From Eukaryota sp. GEM-RC1 (lineage: Eukaryota), in NCBI GenBank assembly GCA_040285855.1, contig JAUFOQ010000013.1, forward strand, positions 1,798,001 to 1,862,000: a stretch of 64,000 nucleotides of DNA, written 5' to 3'. Numbering within the stretch: the stretch's first letter is position 1; the number at the start of each line of letters is the position of its first letter. A program made the position numbers and the translations under genes. The notes beneath the pieces are model-generated. The model saw nothing but the letters and a program-made list of their open reading frames with translations, searched no databases and was not told the DNA's origin. Of this stretch, positions 13,501 to 26,125 are shown piece by piece.

Positions 13501-14481
13501 CAAAGTAGGAGAGACAGGAAGATGTACTTCTCAGTTTATAAGCATCACTGGTAGTTTTGATAAACCAGGGTATAAGTGAAATTCCGATTTTTCGTTGACT
13601 GGTATTTTTGTAATAATCCCAAAGAATTATTGTCGGTGTTGATATTTTCTGGAGTTAGTTCCCGCTCTATCAGTCCTATTAGTGAATCAATTGCTGCGTG
13701 TTTGTTACTTTACTTGTTTGCATTGGCTAGAGATTCCCCACACAGTCATGTTACTGACTTCTTAAATCCAGTGTCACTTTTTAAAGTGATGAATCTATTT
13801 CCTGGAACTGAGAAAATTGTAGAGATTCAGTTAGATGGAGAACATACTCAAGAGGATGATGACGCAGAAAAGAATTGGTTTGTCAATGCAAATCATACCG
13901 TTCCTCTTCCCTCTGCGTTTTCTGATGTCAGGCTTTCTGAGATCTCAGGAACAGATCTCATTCAACTCCAAAATGATATTCTCGATGCATTTATTCTCCG
14001 TGTAATGTTCATTTGTACCCCCAAGAACGTCGGTTTTGATCTACTTATTCCAGTGCTCTCAAGAGAAGCTCTAGAAAAAACTGCTGCAGAACTAAGAACA
14101 ATCATTGAAGAAGAACAAAACGTCCCCAAGTTCATTGGAATTTTAAAAGTCTCTGTAAGAACTGGTAATAATATTGGTAGAATGATACCAGAACTTGTTA
14201 AAAAAAGAACATATTCTTCTACTGCTCTTACTCACATCAATTTGGGTATTTCTTTTGCTGAGAATTGGTCACGTGATACGATTGCCATTAGTTCTCGTGA
14301 AAGTGATCTCAAAGATGGATGGGTTGTTAATGTCTCTAAATTATCTCCTCAATTAGAGAACTTTTTTCAGTCGTTCGGAGAGAATTTTGAGCTACCCCAA
14401 ATCCATGAGAACCTGGAGAAGAATCAGTCACAGTGGTTTCCAAATGTAGCGGATCTTCAAGACGACAAGGGAAGTTCTTGA
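10518..14481 (+). pseudogene. Crinkler-like P-loop NTPase + restriction-endonuclease-like effector, interrupted by a MULE
   Basis: Walker A VIGSTGCGKSRL, Walker B-like FCLFLDQVDTL, C-terminal FICTPKNVGFDLLIPV...ILKVSVR; removing 12761-13629 rejoins ...SSLKEL|LSVLIFSG in frame. 5' boundary uncertain. Confidence 0.6.
12761..13620 (-). mobile_element. Internally deleted MULE (Mutator-like) DNA transposon
   Basis: 9-bp TSD AAAGAATTA (12752-12760, 13621-13629); imperfect TIRs GGG..T.T.ACAAAAATACCAGT; relic frames VKTTHSDTTRLLICC..TGC.F...HSC (MuDR N-terminal domain) and SPPDVKREVEAPKKTRHRS. Confidence 0.88.
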
Positions 14482-15893
14482 TATAACAAGGGAAGTTCTT
14501 GATACAGTTGTGTTTTTAGATATACAATTGTATACGAAATATAAATCAATTTTAAAATTTACTTGATTTGTTGAATGATTTGGCGTCATGTATTTTTGTA
14601 GATACAGATTGCATATTCTTTGTCGTGGTGATAAAACGGAAGATATCATGCGGTAATAACAATTGTCACACCATTTAGAAACTGTTACTAGGTCCTATAT
14701 TGGGAGGGTAGACGGTATACTAAGGGTAGCACATATTGAACAAAAACTATTATGAAGAACGTTGATTAACGAGAAGACATTGTGATTACAACGGCCATGG
14801 TAGCTGAAGATGATGGAAATCAAAGATTCGATTAAATCACACAACTTAAGAAATATTGTAGTCTAACTAATTCAAGAAAAGTTAGACTGCAATTTCTAAA
14901 TATAAGCTCTTTGATATTTAAAGATTGTCGAACAATAAAGCCATCATTACAACGGTGTTGATTTTAGTTAGTATAAATCAAAGCTCCTCTTTTATAATCA
15001 ACAACGTGAGGTATCTAAACAATCAAAGATTGTTATCCAAGGGAAGGTTTGTGGGTAATACAACATTTTTTAAGAAACATTAAACAATCTAGATCTAATG
15101 AAGGTATACAACATCTCTTTAATGTTGAGTTGTTCTCGAAACCAAAAGAAATTCAATAAAAAGAACTACAATGTAATATGTTCTTGAACTAATAGGAGAT
15201 AATATATTATTCCACAAGCAAACTCTTGTTAAATTTTAAATATAACAACTAATGCTTGAGACACGGTGATCAACTAATTTCGGCCAGTACTTTACAATTA
15301 CCAATTCTAGCAAGGTATGCAATGATCTTAAAATTGGTGGTAATACACAGTGTGGATTACACAGCGTCTATTATTACAAACGAACACCGTGTCATTTCTT
15401 CTACTTTTCTGGTTCTAGTTTTGTCAGGGGTTAGTGTGGACCAAAAGTAATAACGAATAGAGACTGTTTCCTAACTCCTGTAAAGAACTGATGAAACACA
15501 TATGAAAGAGCTGTTGAGTTTATAGTATCGATAGTATTGTGGTATATTCATTAGTAGCAACTCAACAAAAGTTGCTAGCACCGTTTGGCTAACAAATTGA
15601 CAACCTTCGTCGGTGTTGAAGGTTGATTTGAGTTAAAAACGTCATCAACGATTAACAAAACTATTAGTTTGTACTTTGGTCAGTACAATCCGCATTATTT
15701 TTTCAAAGAATGGAAGGGTCGTGAATTAAAGCAAACCCATCAGCAAGAAAAACAAAGAAGTTTAAATACAAGTTGTAGATTTGTTCACAAGATAATGGAC
15801 AAGCACAGGGAAAGGAGATTAAGTGAGTGCCACGAATCAACAGACATTAGAATCTAAAGTTTGGATTTGAACACATTTCTTCGTTTAACATTC

Positions 15894-17904
15894 ATGTCGA
15901 ACTCAGAACCACCAGTGAAGAATGACCGTTCGTCAGAAGATCCTATCACAATAACTAGTAATGATGTATCCGCTGCCCTCTCCGCCTTTGCTCTATCCTC
16001 ACAGCAACCTCATTCTGGTGAACTGCTTTGCCCCCGCCTTCCCCCCTTCCGATCGCTTCTATTTTCAGCAGTCTGTCTTGTTTTTAATCCACCTCCACCT
16101 ACTGAAACGCCTCTGTAAATCTACTCTCGAAGAGGATCGTCGTCGTCATTGTCTTTTCTCTTGTGTGAAGGATGGAATAGCTACATTCTTCAAAAAGGTG
16201 GGCTTTCTGAGCAATCGTTTCTCTGAACCAGCGCATCTTGCAGTCACGGTGTTTTTTAAAACCCATACGTTCCATGTAACACCGCAATCCCATTCTCAAC
16301 TGTTTTCATCTGCTTCTCTCTTAGGAGCAGACGTTAAATCTATATTCTTACATGTGACACATGTCACATTCCAATTTCAAGAATATCTTGATTATTCCAA
16401 CGTCATAACTGGACTCCACATCAAATCACGTCGGAATTTGGATTTTCTTTACAAGTCTTCTTCTCTATTTCCAAAGCTCCGCCATCTTCATGTCCATGTA
16501 GATGCTTTTTCCTTGGAATTTATCAACCTGCTGAAAGTAAACACCAATGTAACCATTGTTAATATGACTGGTAACCGGATGAGTACTGATGAAGCTCGAC
16601 TGTTGGCAGAGGTACTGAAAGTCAATGGTACATTGACGGGTATTATCTTGGAACGTAACTTCATTAATGGTGATGCTTTTATATCACTAGCAGAGGCGTT
16701 AAAAGACAATGGTACATTGACAAATATTAATCTTCGATCAAACTCTATTGACCATGAAGATGGAAACGTGTTGGCAGATGTCTTAAAAGTCAATGATACC
16801 TTGACAAGTATTGATCTTGGATCTAATTCTATTCATGGTGATGGTGCTCGAGCATTGGCAGAAGCGTTAAAAGTCAATGGAACATTGACAAGTCTTAATT
16901 TAAGGTCAAACAAGATTCGAGATGAAGGTGTTATAGCATTGGCAGAAGCGTTAACAGTTAACGACACAGTTACCAGTATTTATCTAGGGTATAACTCCAT
17001 TGGAGATGAAGGTGCTATAGCTTTGGCTGGTACGTTAATAGCCAATGCTACAGTTACAGGTATCTGGCTGATCGGAAATTGTATTGGGACTGAAGGCGCT
17101 AGATCACTTTCAGAGGCGTTAAAAGTCAATACGACAGTTACCAGTGTTGATCTGGAACAAAACTCCATTGGAGATGGAGGTGCTATATTACTTTCAGATG
17201 CGTTAAAAGTCAATGATGTTGTTACCAATATTAATCTCTGTGGAACCTCTGTTGGATATGAAGGCGCTAGATCACTTTCAGAGGCGTTAACAGTCAATAC
17301 AACCGTGACCACTATTATTCTGTGTGGAAACTATTTTGGAGATGACGGCGCCAGATCACTTTCAGAAGCGTTAAAGACCAATACGACATTAACAAGTATT
17401 CTCTTAGGAGGAAACTCTATTGGAGCCGAAGGCGCTAAAGCTGTGGCAGATGCATTGACAGTCAACACGACAGTAACAAGTGTCAACTTAGGTGGAAACT
17501 CTATTGATGATGAAGGTGCTGAAGCTTTGGCAGATGCATTGAAAGTCAACACGACAGTAACAAGTGTTAGTTTGTTGAAAAACTCTGTTGGAGCTGCAGG
17601 CGCTAGAGCTTTGGCAGATGCATTGAAGGTCAACACGACAGTAACAAGTGTCAACTTAGGTGGAAATTGTATGGATGATGAAGGCGCTAGAGCTTTGGCA
17701 GATGCATTGAAGGTCAACACGACAGTAACAAGTGTCAACTTAGGTGGAAATTCTATTGATGATGAAGGTGCTGAAGCTTTGGCAGATGCATTGAAAGTCA
17801 ACACGACAGTTACAAGTATTGATCTTGAAGCTAACTTTTTGGCGTTAGAGGTACAAGAGCATTGGATGAAACATTGCAAGTCAATAGAAACCTTAAAATA
17901 TTAA
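15894..17904 (+). CDS. RI/NLRC3-type LRR protein, long paralogue (frameshift in C-runs ~16031-16046)
   Basis: About 15 28-aa LRRs; the last ones are near-identical 84-nt DNA repeats (~17440-17820); family N-terminal block FFKKVGFLSNRF. Confidence 0.85.
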
Positions 17905-18449
17905 AATAACTTAAAATATTAGGAGTTCATCATAATTTTCTCTTTGAATAAAAAAGGCTAATAAGTCAATTTCTAGTTCGATTTGTAACTAACTTGTGGA
18001 TCTGTAAGATGTCCAGAAGTTGTTCATGTACTGTAACTCAAAACTAGTTGGTCTTTGTTTCATTTGTAGTATAGAATAGTGTTACGAGAAACGTATCAAA
18101 ATTTGTCTGGAAACGTTTCGGGAACGTTTCCACGTTTCCGAAACGCATTTTTATGTGTTCAGTTCTCATTACTTCCTAATCGAATTTCTATCTTCCAAAA
18201 TTTCTAAAATATCAACACTCTCACTGTTTTGTAGTATGTCTCAACGACAATGATGAAGGTGAATTCGTTCAGATTGCAGACAGCGACGACTCTTCGTCAC
18301 TTTTCTCTCCCAGTGGCCGAAGAAAAGACTCTACTGATTACCTTGTGAGCACGGCCTCTTCAAACTGGATATACTATAGAATTTCTTTAATGTCTTCTGT
18401 TGTTCAATTTTGTATCGAATAACAAAAATCTGATGTTCAAAGATTAATA

Positions 18450-20214
18450 AAAAAACGGGGTTTATGATCAGTCAGTGAAATAAATGCATTTGCAGAAGTG
18501 AAAAACTAACAGACACTAACTAAAGTATCTAAACTATGATCCTTCTGTCCATCACCGAACAACTTACCTAAAATTGAATTAAAATATCTGTGCATTGAAC
18601 GCAACAACGCAAACGTTAACCTACTCAACCAAAAATATTCATTAAAAACTTTACCGTACTCAGAACACAATTTACCAAAGGAAGTTAAAAAACCTTGTGC
18701 AGCTGGTCCAATATTACCGTTTATCGACATCGCAAAAGGTTGAAACACAAAACAATTGTACCTGTCAACATTCAATTGGTTAATTAAGTGACAGTACTTT
18801 GTATTTTTTCCTTTTTCAGCCACTTCAAGAGCAGAAAAATCATCATCAAAAATTTTGGAAATTGATCTTGAATTACAAGGATCAACAGTCGTAAAATCCA
18901 TGATAATTTCCTGACAAGATAACCAAGGACCAATCAAATCACCACGACTTCTATCAACTTTTGGCTGATCAGAAAGATTAGCAAGTAAAGGTTCAATTTT
19001 TCCATGAAAACCATTAGCCTTAAACATATCCAAACATGTATCCCGGATACTGTTGTGAATAATTGATCGAAAATGAATAAATTGATGACAGTTAACTAAA
19101 TGATGGAAATTTGAAGCCTTTGAACGACCACAAAGACATGGAGAATGCTTCAAAAGACCGGAAGGCCATAAACCTAACCTAAGTCTCATGTTTATAAGCC
19201 ATTCATGATCCTTAAGATTAAAACAAAATTTTCTTGGCAAACGAGAAACAAATGAAGACGCAGCGCTTGAAGAAATATCATTCAAAAAAGCACAAAAAGC
19301 GGGACTCTTAGTCTTAGCCAAGCTAATACGGTTTTTAAAGTCCAAGCTTTCGTGAAACAAAACAAACTTCTTCTGTAACTTGCGAACACACAAAGGCAAA
19401 GAGAAAATGCTTCTCTGCTGAATTTCTGTTACCCCAACAGGAAATAAATCTGACCACAAATTGGAGTCAAGACTATCAATTAAATTTTGAAGACTAATTA
19501 ACCATGCACAAGGTGAGTGAAGTAAAAAATCTTTCGTTTTCCATAACACAGGATAACGATTCTGAAATTCAAACAAAAAATTCTTTAAAGACCCCAAAAA
19601 GGCACCATCACGCATGTACTTAGCTTTCGTGAATCCAATACCGCCAAAAGAAGTAGAAGTGAAACAATGAGAAGGAAGTGAAGAGTCTTTGTTACCAACC
19701 AGATAACTAACAAAATTTGTGCGCAATGAATTAAAATTACGAGATAATTCGAGAGTTAGTTCAGGCGGTAAACCACGTAAAAAGTGATTAATTTTACCAC
19801 CAAAACAAACTTGCAGCATAGCAAAAGAAACTTGTTTGCCTACATCTAGATCAACGATTTGGTTAAGCTGCTGAAAGATACAATTGTTCTTGTGTGATAA
19901 AGTCTCCTTAATTTTGTCATCATTACCAATATAATTGCCCAAAAACTTGACACATTCTTCTGAATAATTGACAAACGGAATGGAAGATTCCCCAAAATTC
20001 ACATCAACTGAAGAACGTCCAATGACAAGACATTTTTGAAAATTAATTGACAGACCAATACTTGAAGACAATTCAACAAAACGAGGAAAACTCGATTTAA
20101 TGACTTCCAAAGGGCCAACCAAAGAGGTATCATCAGCATACGAGTTCAACCTTAATCCTGGGAATTCGCTTGAGAATTTGCGTAGAATTCTTTGCAACGG
20201 CAAACAGAAAAGAA
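18450..20214 (-). mobile_element. 5'-truncated CRE-like non-LTR retrotransposon (RT + RLE), family A
   Basis: YADD RT motif, CLCG...HLVNC zinc knuckle, HNSIRD, RGDL, MDFTTVDP, AEKGK..KY, FQPFAMS..G.IG; 11-bp TSD AAAGATTAATA (18439-18449, 20215-20225). Confidence 0.9.
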
Positions 20215-20329
20215 AAAGATTAATAGAAACTATCCAATAAAGACAAAACAAACATCCCGTTTGCTCGTCTCTTTGAACTTCTAGTACGAAGTTCTACTTC
20301 AGTAGTAGATAAGTTTTGTCCTATTAATC

Positions 20330-20475
20330 TTTGTCTTATCATCTGGAAAAGGCTGAACAGCGAAAGTGTTCAAATTATGCGAATGCTTTGAAGAAGCTTA
20401 ATGAAAATATATATTCTAAATTTTGATTTATTCCATTTGCAATTTCAATTTTTGGCAACATTGGTCCAGCAGGTT
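20330..20475 (+). mobile_element. Short CRE-like RLE fragment
   Basis: Degenerate LEKAEQRK...IYSKF.FIPFAISIFGNIGPAG, homologous to 28880-29010. Confidence 0.6.
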
Positions 20476-20523
20476 TAGATTGATTTAGTCTCTTATGTCG
20501 TTCTAATAACAAACTTTTCTTTT

Positions 20524-21630
20524 TTATAACCTGACACCCTCAATTTCAACAACATTATTGATTTTTAAAGCCTGAGCAAGAGCTCTAGCACCAACATCAC
20601 CAATAGAGTTTCCATAGATATAGATACTTGTAACTGTATTGTTGATTTTCAACGCCTCTGCCAAAGCGCTAGCACCTTCATCTCTTATAGCGTTAATTCG
20701 AAGATCAATTCTTACAAGTGTACTATTAACTTTCAACATTTCTGCCAACGATACAGCACCTTCATCACCAATAGAGTTGTTACCTAGGTTTATACTAGTA
20801 ACTGCAGAATTAACTTTTAACGCCTCTGCCAAAACTTTAATGCCTTTAGCGCTGATAGAATTTCGACTCAGATTTATACTGGTCACTGTCGTATTGACTT
20901 TCATTACATTTGCCAATGCTCTAGCGCCTTCATCACCAATATAGTTCCAACTCAGATCAATACTGGTCACTGTAGAATTCTCTTTCAACAATTCAATCAA
21001 CAACATAGAAATAGATGAAGACGCCTGAACAAGAAGTTGTTTAAGACGTGGAAAATAGAGGGAAGTCTTGTTCAGAAACTCCAAATCTATAGTTTCGTCT
21101 AAATTCAGTTTCAATCCTGTAATTATAGAAGAATGGCCAAGAAAGTCTTCAACTTTAGATGTGAGGTTCGAATACAAGAAAATAGATCGAACATCTGCTT
21201 TAAAGAAAGAAGCAAATGAATAAAGTTGAGGTAGATCTTCAGAAACAACATGAAACGTGTTTGTATGAAACATCACCTTTACTGCTAGAGAAGAAGATTC
21301 AAAGAAACGGTGGCTTACATAGCCAACTTTCTTCAAGAATGTAGGTATTACTTGTATAACTCGGCGGAAAGGACAATGACGATCAAAATCCACTTCCAGC
21401 GGAGACCTCGAAAGCCGTCTCAGCAAGTGAAGAAGAATTATATTGATCAAAGACTGTGGGAAACGTATGTACATGAGTTGAGGACGGAGGCTCAACATCG
21501 GAGCAGACGGTGCAACAGGGTGTAGTCGTGTGGAAGAAATAACTTTAGGAGACAAGGAGCCACCACACATTGATGGAGTCCTGCTATGGAGTCCGTCAAA
21601 TGAATGACGCCTCTTTGAAGGACCAGACAT
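20524..21630 (-). CDS. RI/NLRC3-type LRR protein paralogue
   Basis: 28-aa LRRs; ~120-aa segment almost identical to the 2055-3173 protein. Confidence 0.85.
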   Translation of the reverse strand: MSGPSKRRHSFDGLHSRTPSMCGGSLSPKVISSTRLHPVAPSAPMLSLRPQLMYIRFPQSLINIILLHLLRRLSRSPLEVDFDRHCPFRRVIQVIPTFLKKVGYVSHRFFESSSLAVKVMFHTNTFHVVSEDLPQLYSFASFFKADVRSIFLYSNLTSKVEDFLGHSSIITGLKLNLDETIDLEFLNKTSLYFPRLKQLLVQASSSISMLLIELLKENSTVTSIDLSWNYIGDEGARALANVMKVNTTVTSINLSRNSISAKGIKVLAEALKVNSAVTSINLGNNSIGDEGAVSLAEMLKVNSTLVRIDLRINAIRDEGASALAEALKINNTVTSIYIYGNSIGDVGARALAQALKINNVVEIEGVRL

Positions 21631-21870
21631 GATTCTTCAATAAAACAAAGAAATCTCGTGCTTACATTCTAGAACCAATATTTCTTGGCTTTATGAGTGT
21701 CCTATGGGACAGGGGATAGTCTATCCTTGTTAAACAACTTGTTTATTGAACATGTAGTAAAGTTCCATAATCCAGCAGTGAACGCTAACACGCAACTCAG
21801 CCTATGGTAGAAATTGATAGGAAAAGTGTTGTGACTGTTATCAACATGAAGCTACCATACGTCCGTTTTT

Positions 21871-22330
21871 AAAAAGATATATTTTATTTGAAGACGCCGA
21901 CCACGTACAATGTACACTAACCAAAACTAGAAGACACTAGTTAAAGTATCTGAACTAAACTCCACCTGACTCAAACAATTTAGCTAAAACAGAATTGAAA
22001 AATCTAAACATCGACCGAAACAAAGCAAAAGTCAATCTTGACAGCCAAAATCCCGCATTGAACACCTTTCCATACTCTGAACACTATTTTCCAAAAGAAA
22101 CTAAAAAATGTTGTGCTGAAGAACCAATAGTACCATAAAGTGACATAGCAAAAGGCTTAAAAACAAAACAATTATAGCATTCAACCTAATAATTGAGTCA
22201 CCATATTTTGTGTCCTTACCATTTTCCGCCGTCTTGAGAGGTGAATAATTTTCATCTAGAATGTTAGAGACTGAACTGCAATTATAGGGATCAACAGTAG
22301 TGAAATCCATAATAATCTCTTGACACGAAA
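21871..22330 (-). mobile_element. 5'-truncated CRE-like element (related to family A)
   Basis: CQEIIMDFTTVDPYN...AENGKDTKY; 9-bp TSD TCCGTTTTT (21862-21870, 22331-22339). Confidence 0.8.
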
Positions 22331-22516
22331 TCCGTTTTTTTGTCCTGATTTTTTACAAAATGAGTTTGAGTTTTGCGTATTTAGTTGTATAAATACTATT
22401 TATTAAATAGACTACCTCTTGAAAACAATCAATGACGTCAACAATTTATGTTATCACAGCTATGATTTCTGAGAATAACAATGAGATTGACAAAGAAAAA
22501 CACTAAAACTAGAAAA

Positions 22517-24882
22517 CTAAACAAATCTCTCAACTATAGCCCTAAAGTTCTGAACCTTTATATCAGAATCACCCATCAAAAGTAATCGTTTTTGAATTAA
22601 TTTTGCTAGAAATGATTCAGATGCTATTAATAACTTGACAAAACGTTCATCAACAAGCAGACAATAAATTACTTCTGGACAAAAGACTTCAACTAACTCT
22701 CGTTGAAGATTCTGTATCAAAAGTAAATCAAATAGTGCAAAACTCTTAATTTTTGGAAATAAAAGACCAATTGTCAGAAATAGTTTTGGCTATAACTATA
22801 AAGAAGTCTGTCGAAGTCAACAAATGCATATAGGGTGATAGAACAGATGCAATTGCTGTTAGAAAACAACCATACGATTCTTGGTCGTTGTTTTTAGAAA
22901 TCAAGTTGGAACAAAAGTTCAAAACAAATTGAAGCGAATCTGGGCAAAATTTTAAAATTTTCAAAATAGAACTGCCACACGTCCGTCCAACAGACAGTGC
23001 CAGACTCAAACTAAATATTTTAATTTCTGATTCATTTCCATGACGTTTAGTATCAGGAGTTGAAGAATCAGTGGAGAAAAATAAGGATAAACTCGAAATT
23101 AAAGAAAATAAGATACTAGAAAATTCAGACAGATCGTGATTAGTGAACAATCGCTTCGTCACGCAATCAATCAAAAATGATAACATGCTAAAATCGGCTA
23201 TTGAACTGCTTACATGAGTTTCTAAGTGACAAACAGCTTTAAAAACAGTAGGAAGCAACAATTCAATACACTGCTTTGGAAATCTTTCAAAAATTAGAGA
23301 TATTATCAATTTTTGTAAGTCCAGAGATAAATTAATAAATGGTCCATATGTTGATTTTTCTTCTTTTAATTGAAGATTTAACATCATTTGAAGAAACAAC
23401 AAACATAAAACAAAGCCGGCGACTGAAATTGTAAGATAATTTTTGATATTGTAAATGATTGATAAGGGAAATTTTGGAGAAAAATTTAAAAAATTCCAAA
23501 AATAATGACTTGACTTCGTCTCTGTGAGAAGCTCCATTCATACAAACAAGACGAACAGAATTTAATAAAATAGAATCAACTAAAGTAAAATCAAGATTAG
23601 AAAAATCAGAATTGATTAACAAATACTTGAAGGCATGTATGACAAATACTATACCATTATGAGCACCATCTTTTTTGATTGTTGGAATCACGTCAGCAAC
23701 AGTTTCCAGGAATGAAGAATCAGAAGCAAAGAAGCCGACCAAAGAACAAGTAATAAATGGAAAAAGTTTCGATTCAGTAGAACTACCAAAATGAGTTAAA
23801 CTATAGGAATAGACTTCCACTAAAGATTCAGAAAAATTAGATTGTTTAGAAATATTGAAAGGTAGCTTGTTCTTGTCAATGAAGCTACATATGAGTTGCA
23901 ACAGATGAAAATTAAATAATTCACAAATATTTCGATCACATCGTACCGCCTTAATTGGAAACTGAATCAAAATCTGATTACCTAATCGGTCAAAAAGATC
24001 GTCACTTAAACCGTCAACTAATAGATTGAGAACACTCAAAACTGTGACCCCCATGGTGACGTCAGCAGCTCTATCACCATCCCATGGACACAACTCTAGG
24101 AGTGAATCAATCAAAATAGGAACAAGTTTGACTGTCAAGAAATTCAAATCAATCGATGCTGACGTGATTGTTCTACGAGTATCCCAAAAAGGCAAGTCTT
24201 CATCATAATAGGAAGGAAACCGACTGACCTCCACACAGTTAGAAGTATTCACCAACTCAATCAACGAGAACAAAACTTTGAAAAGTTCCTCCTTTTTCAA
24301 ATGTTTATGACTCTGTATATCTTCCTGACACCTTTTAGTCAGGACTGATATAGGTACTAGAATGGAGTAAGCAAAGGAATGAAGAGGAACCTTAGCTAAA
24401 CAGAGTTGAAGAAGAAGAGCGATGGCATTGGCAGAGACAGAGAGATCAGGATGATTAAGAGCAGCACGTAGATGAGCCACAACTAGTTCAAGGATTGATG
24501 ACGTGATGACGGGAAGAGAAGGGATGAACTTGGAGAGGAAAAGTGTAGAAGAAGATCGAACGCGCGTGTCTGGATCGGTGAGAAGGACAGAGACCTTGGG
24601 GATGGCAGAGGGAAGCTGGGAAGAGTTAGAAGGGTTGGAAAAGGCGTCTATTAGAGAGGAAACAGCGGAATGTCGAGCTGAAGCAGCATGATGTCTAAGA
24701 CCTGGATAAATGGCGGTTAGAGTAGGTACATCACATGCAGCAGCAGACGCTTGCTTTATGGACAAGGATTTTGACTGAACTTTAAGGATGGTTTCGTTGG
24801 AAGAGCTACGTTTTGCCCCCACCTTGGTTTTCCGCTTATCAAAATCAGTGTTTTTGTTCTTTGTGGGTTTGGAACGAACCAT
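22517..24882 (-). CDS. IPI1: Ipi1/TEX10 pre-rRNA processing protein (split by homopolymer indels)
   Basis: N-terminal DF.K.K.KVG.K..S.NET..KVQSKSLSI..Q, LRHH....R..AV..L, L.D.D.RVR, late YGPFINL.LDLQ; junctions at A-runs near 23355-23367 and 22750-22754. Confidence 0.8.
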
Positions 24883-25231
24883 AATTAAAGATTCGTTTAA
24901 GAAAGATCTGGTGAAAGTACAGTACTACTAGTAGTAAATTACTTCAAGAAAATTTATTGAGAAAGAATCCAATTTGTGAATCGGTCGTTTTATAAGATGA
25001 TAATTAGGTGTTGGTGGTCCAATAGTCTTATGTAAGCTTTTTGACTGGGACTTTTAAATACGTTAATTATGACATTCTAAAAGACATCTCAGAAAAATCA
25101 GCAACGTTTCCAACCTGTTTCCAAATGCAAACAAGCGGATTAGAACGTTTTTTAACCGTGTAACGTGGAAGTGGTTTTATGATCAACAAAATCTTCAGTT
25201 TTACTTCACTGTCTTTTAGTCCAAATATATA

Positions 25232-25921
25232 ATGGACTTACATTCTTACCTTGATGAACAACTTAATAAGCATGGTGTGCCTAAAGAATGTGCACCTCGC
25301 AGGAAGAAACCTACGACGACTTCAACTTCGTCATCAAAAACTCCTACCCATAATGCTTTAGAAAATCTCCCTGTTGTTCCAAGTGCTACTGTACGCTCTG
25401 CTGCTGCTCGTGCTCTAGGAAGAGAGTTAGACCTTCTCAAAACCAAAGCTGGGGAACTTACAGCCTCTCTACATCCTTCGTCATTCTCTTATCCTTCTTC
25501 TTACTCCCCTAGTCGATCCCTCCACAGATACACCGATCTCTCTGATGCTTCTGACTGTGAGAGTATTTCCTCCACGTCATCAACTGCCTCTACTTCTTCA
25601 AGACGACGTCGTACTCGTAAGAAGAAGAAGGCAACTTCTACTTCCTCAAAAAAGGCCACATGGACAACCTTTAGAGAAATGACTTTGCAACGGGAGGTGC
25701 AGATACTTCAACGTAAACTCAAACAAATGGAGTCAGAATCTACTAAATCCCGTCAATTAATTAGAGAGAATTCTCAACTTCGAGAAGCTGTACAGCGTCT
25801 TGAAGGGATTAGACTCCAACAACGTGCTTTAATTAAACAACTGAGGACAGATATAGATTCTTTATCGGGTTGTTGCTCAATGTCGGTGAAGAAAGTCACT
25901 CGGAAGAAAAAGAAACGATGA
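25232..25921 (+). CDS. Ser-rich/basic coiled-coil protein of unknown function
   Basis: 229-aa ATG ORF with C-terminal heptads (LQREVQILQRKLKQM...LREAVQRL). Confidence 0.7.
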   Translation: MDLHSYLDEQLNKHGVPKECAPRRKKPTTTSTSSSKTPTHNALENLPVVPSATVRSAAARALGRELDLLKTKAGELTASLHPSSFSYPSSYSPSRSLHRYTDLSDASDCESISSTSSTASTSSRRRRTRKKKKATSTSSKKATWTTFREMTLQREVQILQRKLKQMESESTKSRQLIRENSQLREAVQRLEGIRLQQRALIKQLRTDIDSLSGCCSMSVKKVTRKKKKR

Positions 25922-26125
25922 TTTGATTGATGATTTGATTGATTTTTTTGGTGATGTTTATGTTTAATTATTGGTTTTTGTATTGTATTGTTTCTTGTAC
26001 TATATTGTTTTGCCGTTGATGTTGTGATCAGATTCTTTCTTTTTTTACATCCAAATGATAACAAAGATTATGAATTTAAATTAAATTCTAAAATTAAATA
26101 AAAACACTAAAACTATGGGAAAAAA

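Noticed and set aside
14464..14503. 21-bp tandem duplication at the effector gene stop (similar 19-bp one at ~48285-48321)
   Set aside because: Ordinary local slippage duplications with no further structure.
16488..17879. Antisense ORFs over LRR genes (also 2963-3190, 20639-20944)
   Set aside because: Shadow frames of the 84-nt repeat coding strand.
18075..25170. GAAACG/CGTTTC clusters at ~18088-18146 and ~25100-25150 as ends of one large transposon
   Set aside because: No convincing TIR pair or TSD; the interval contains an ordinary housekeeping gene.
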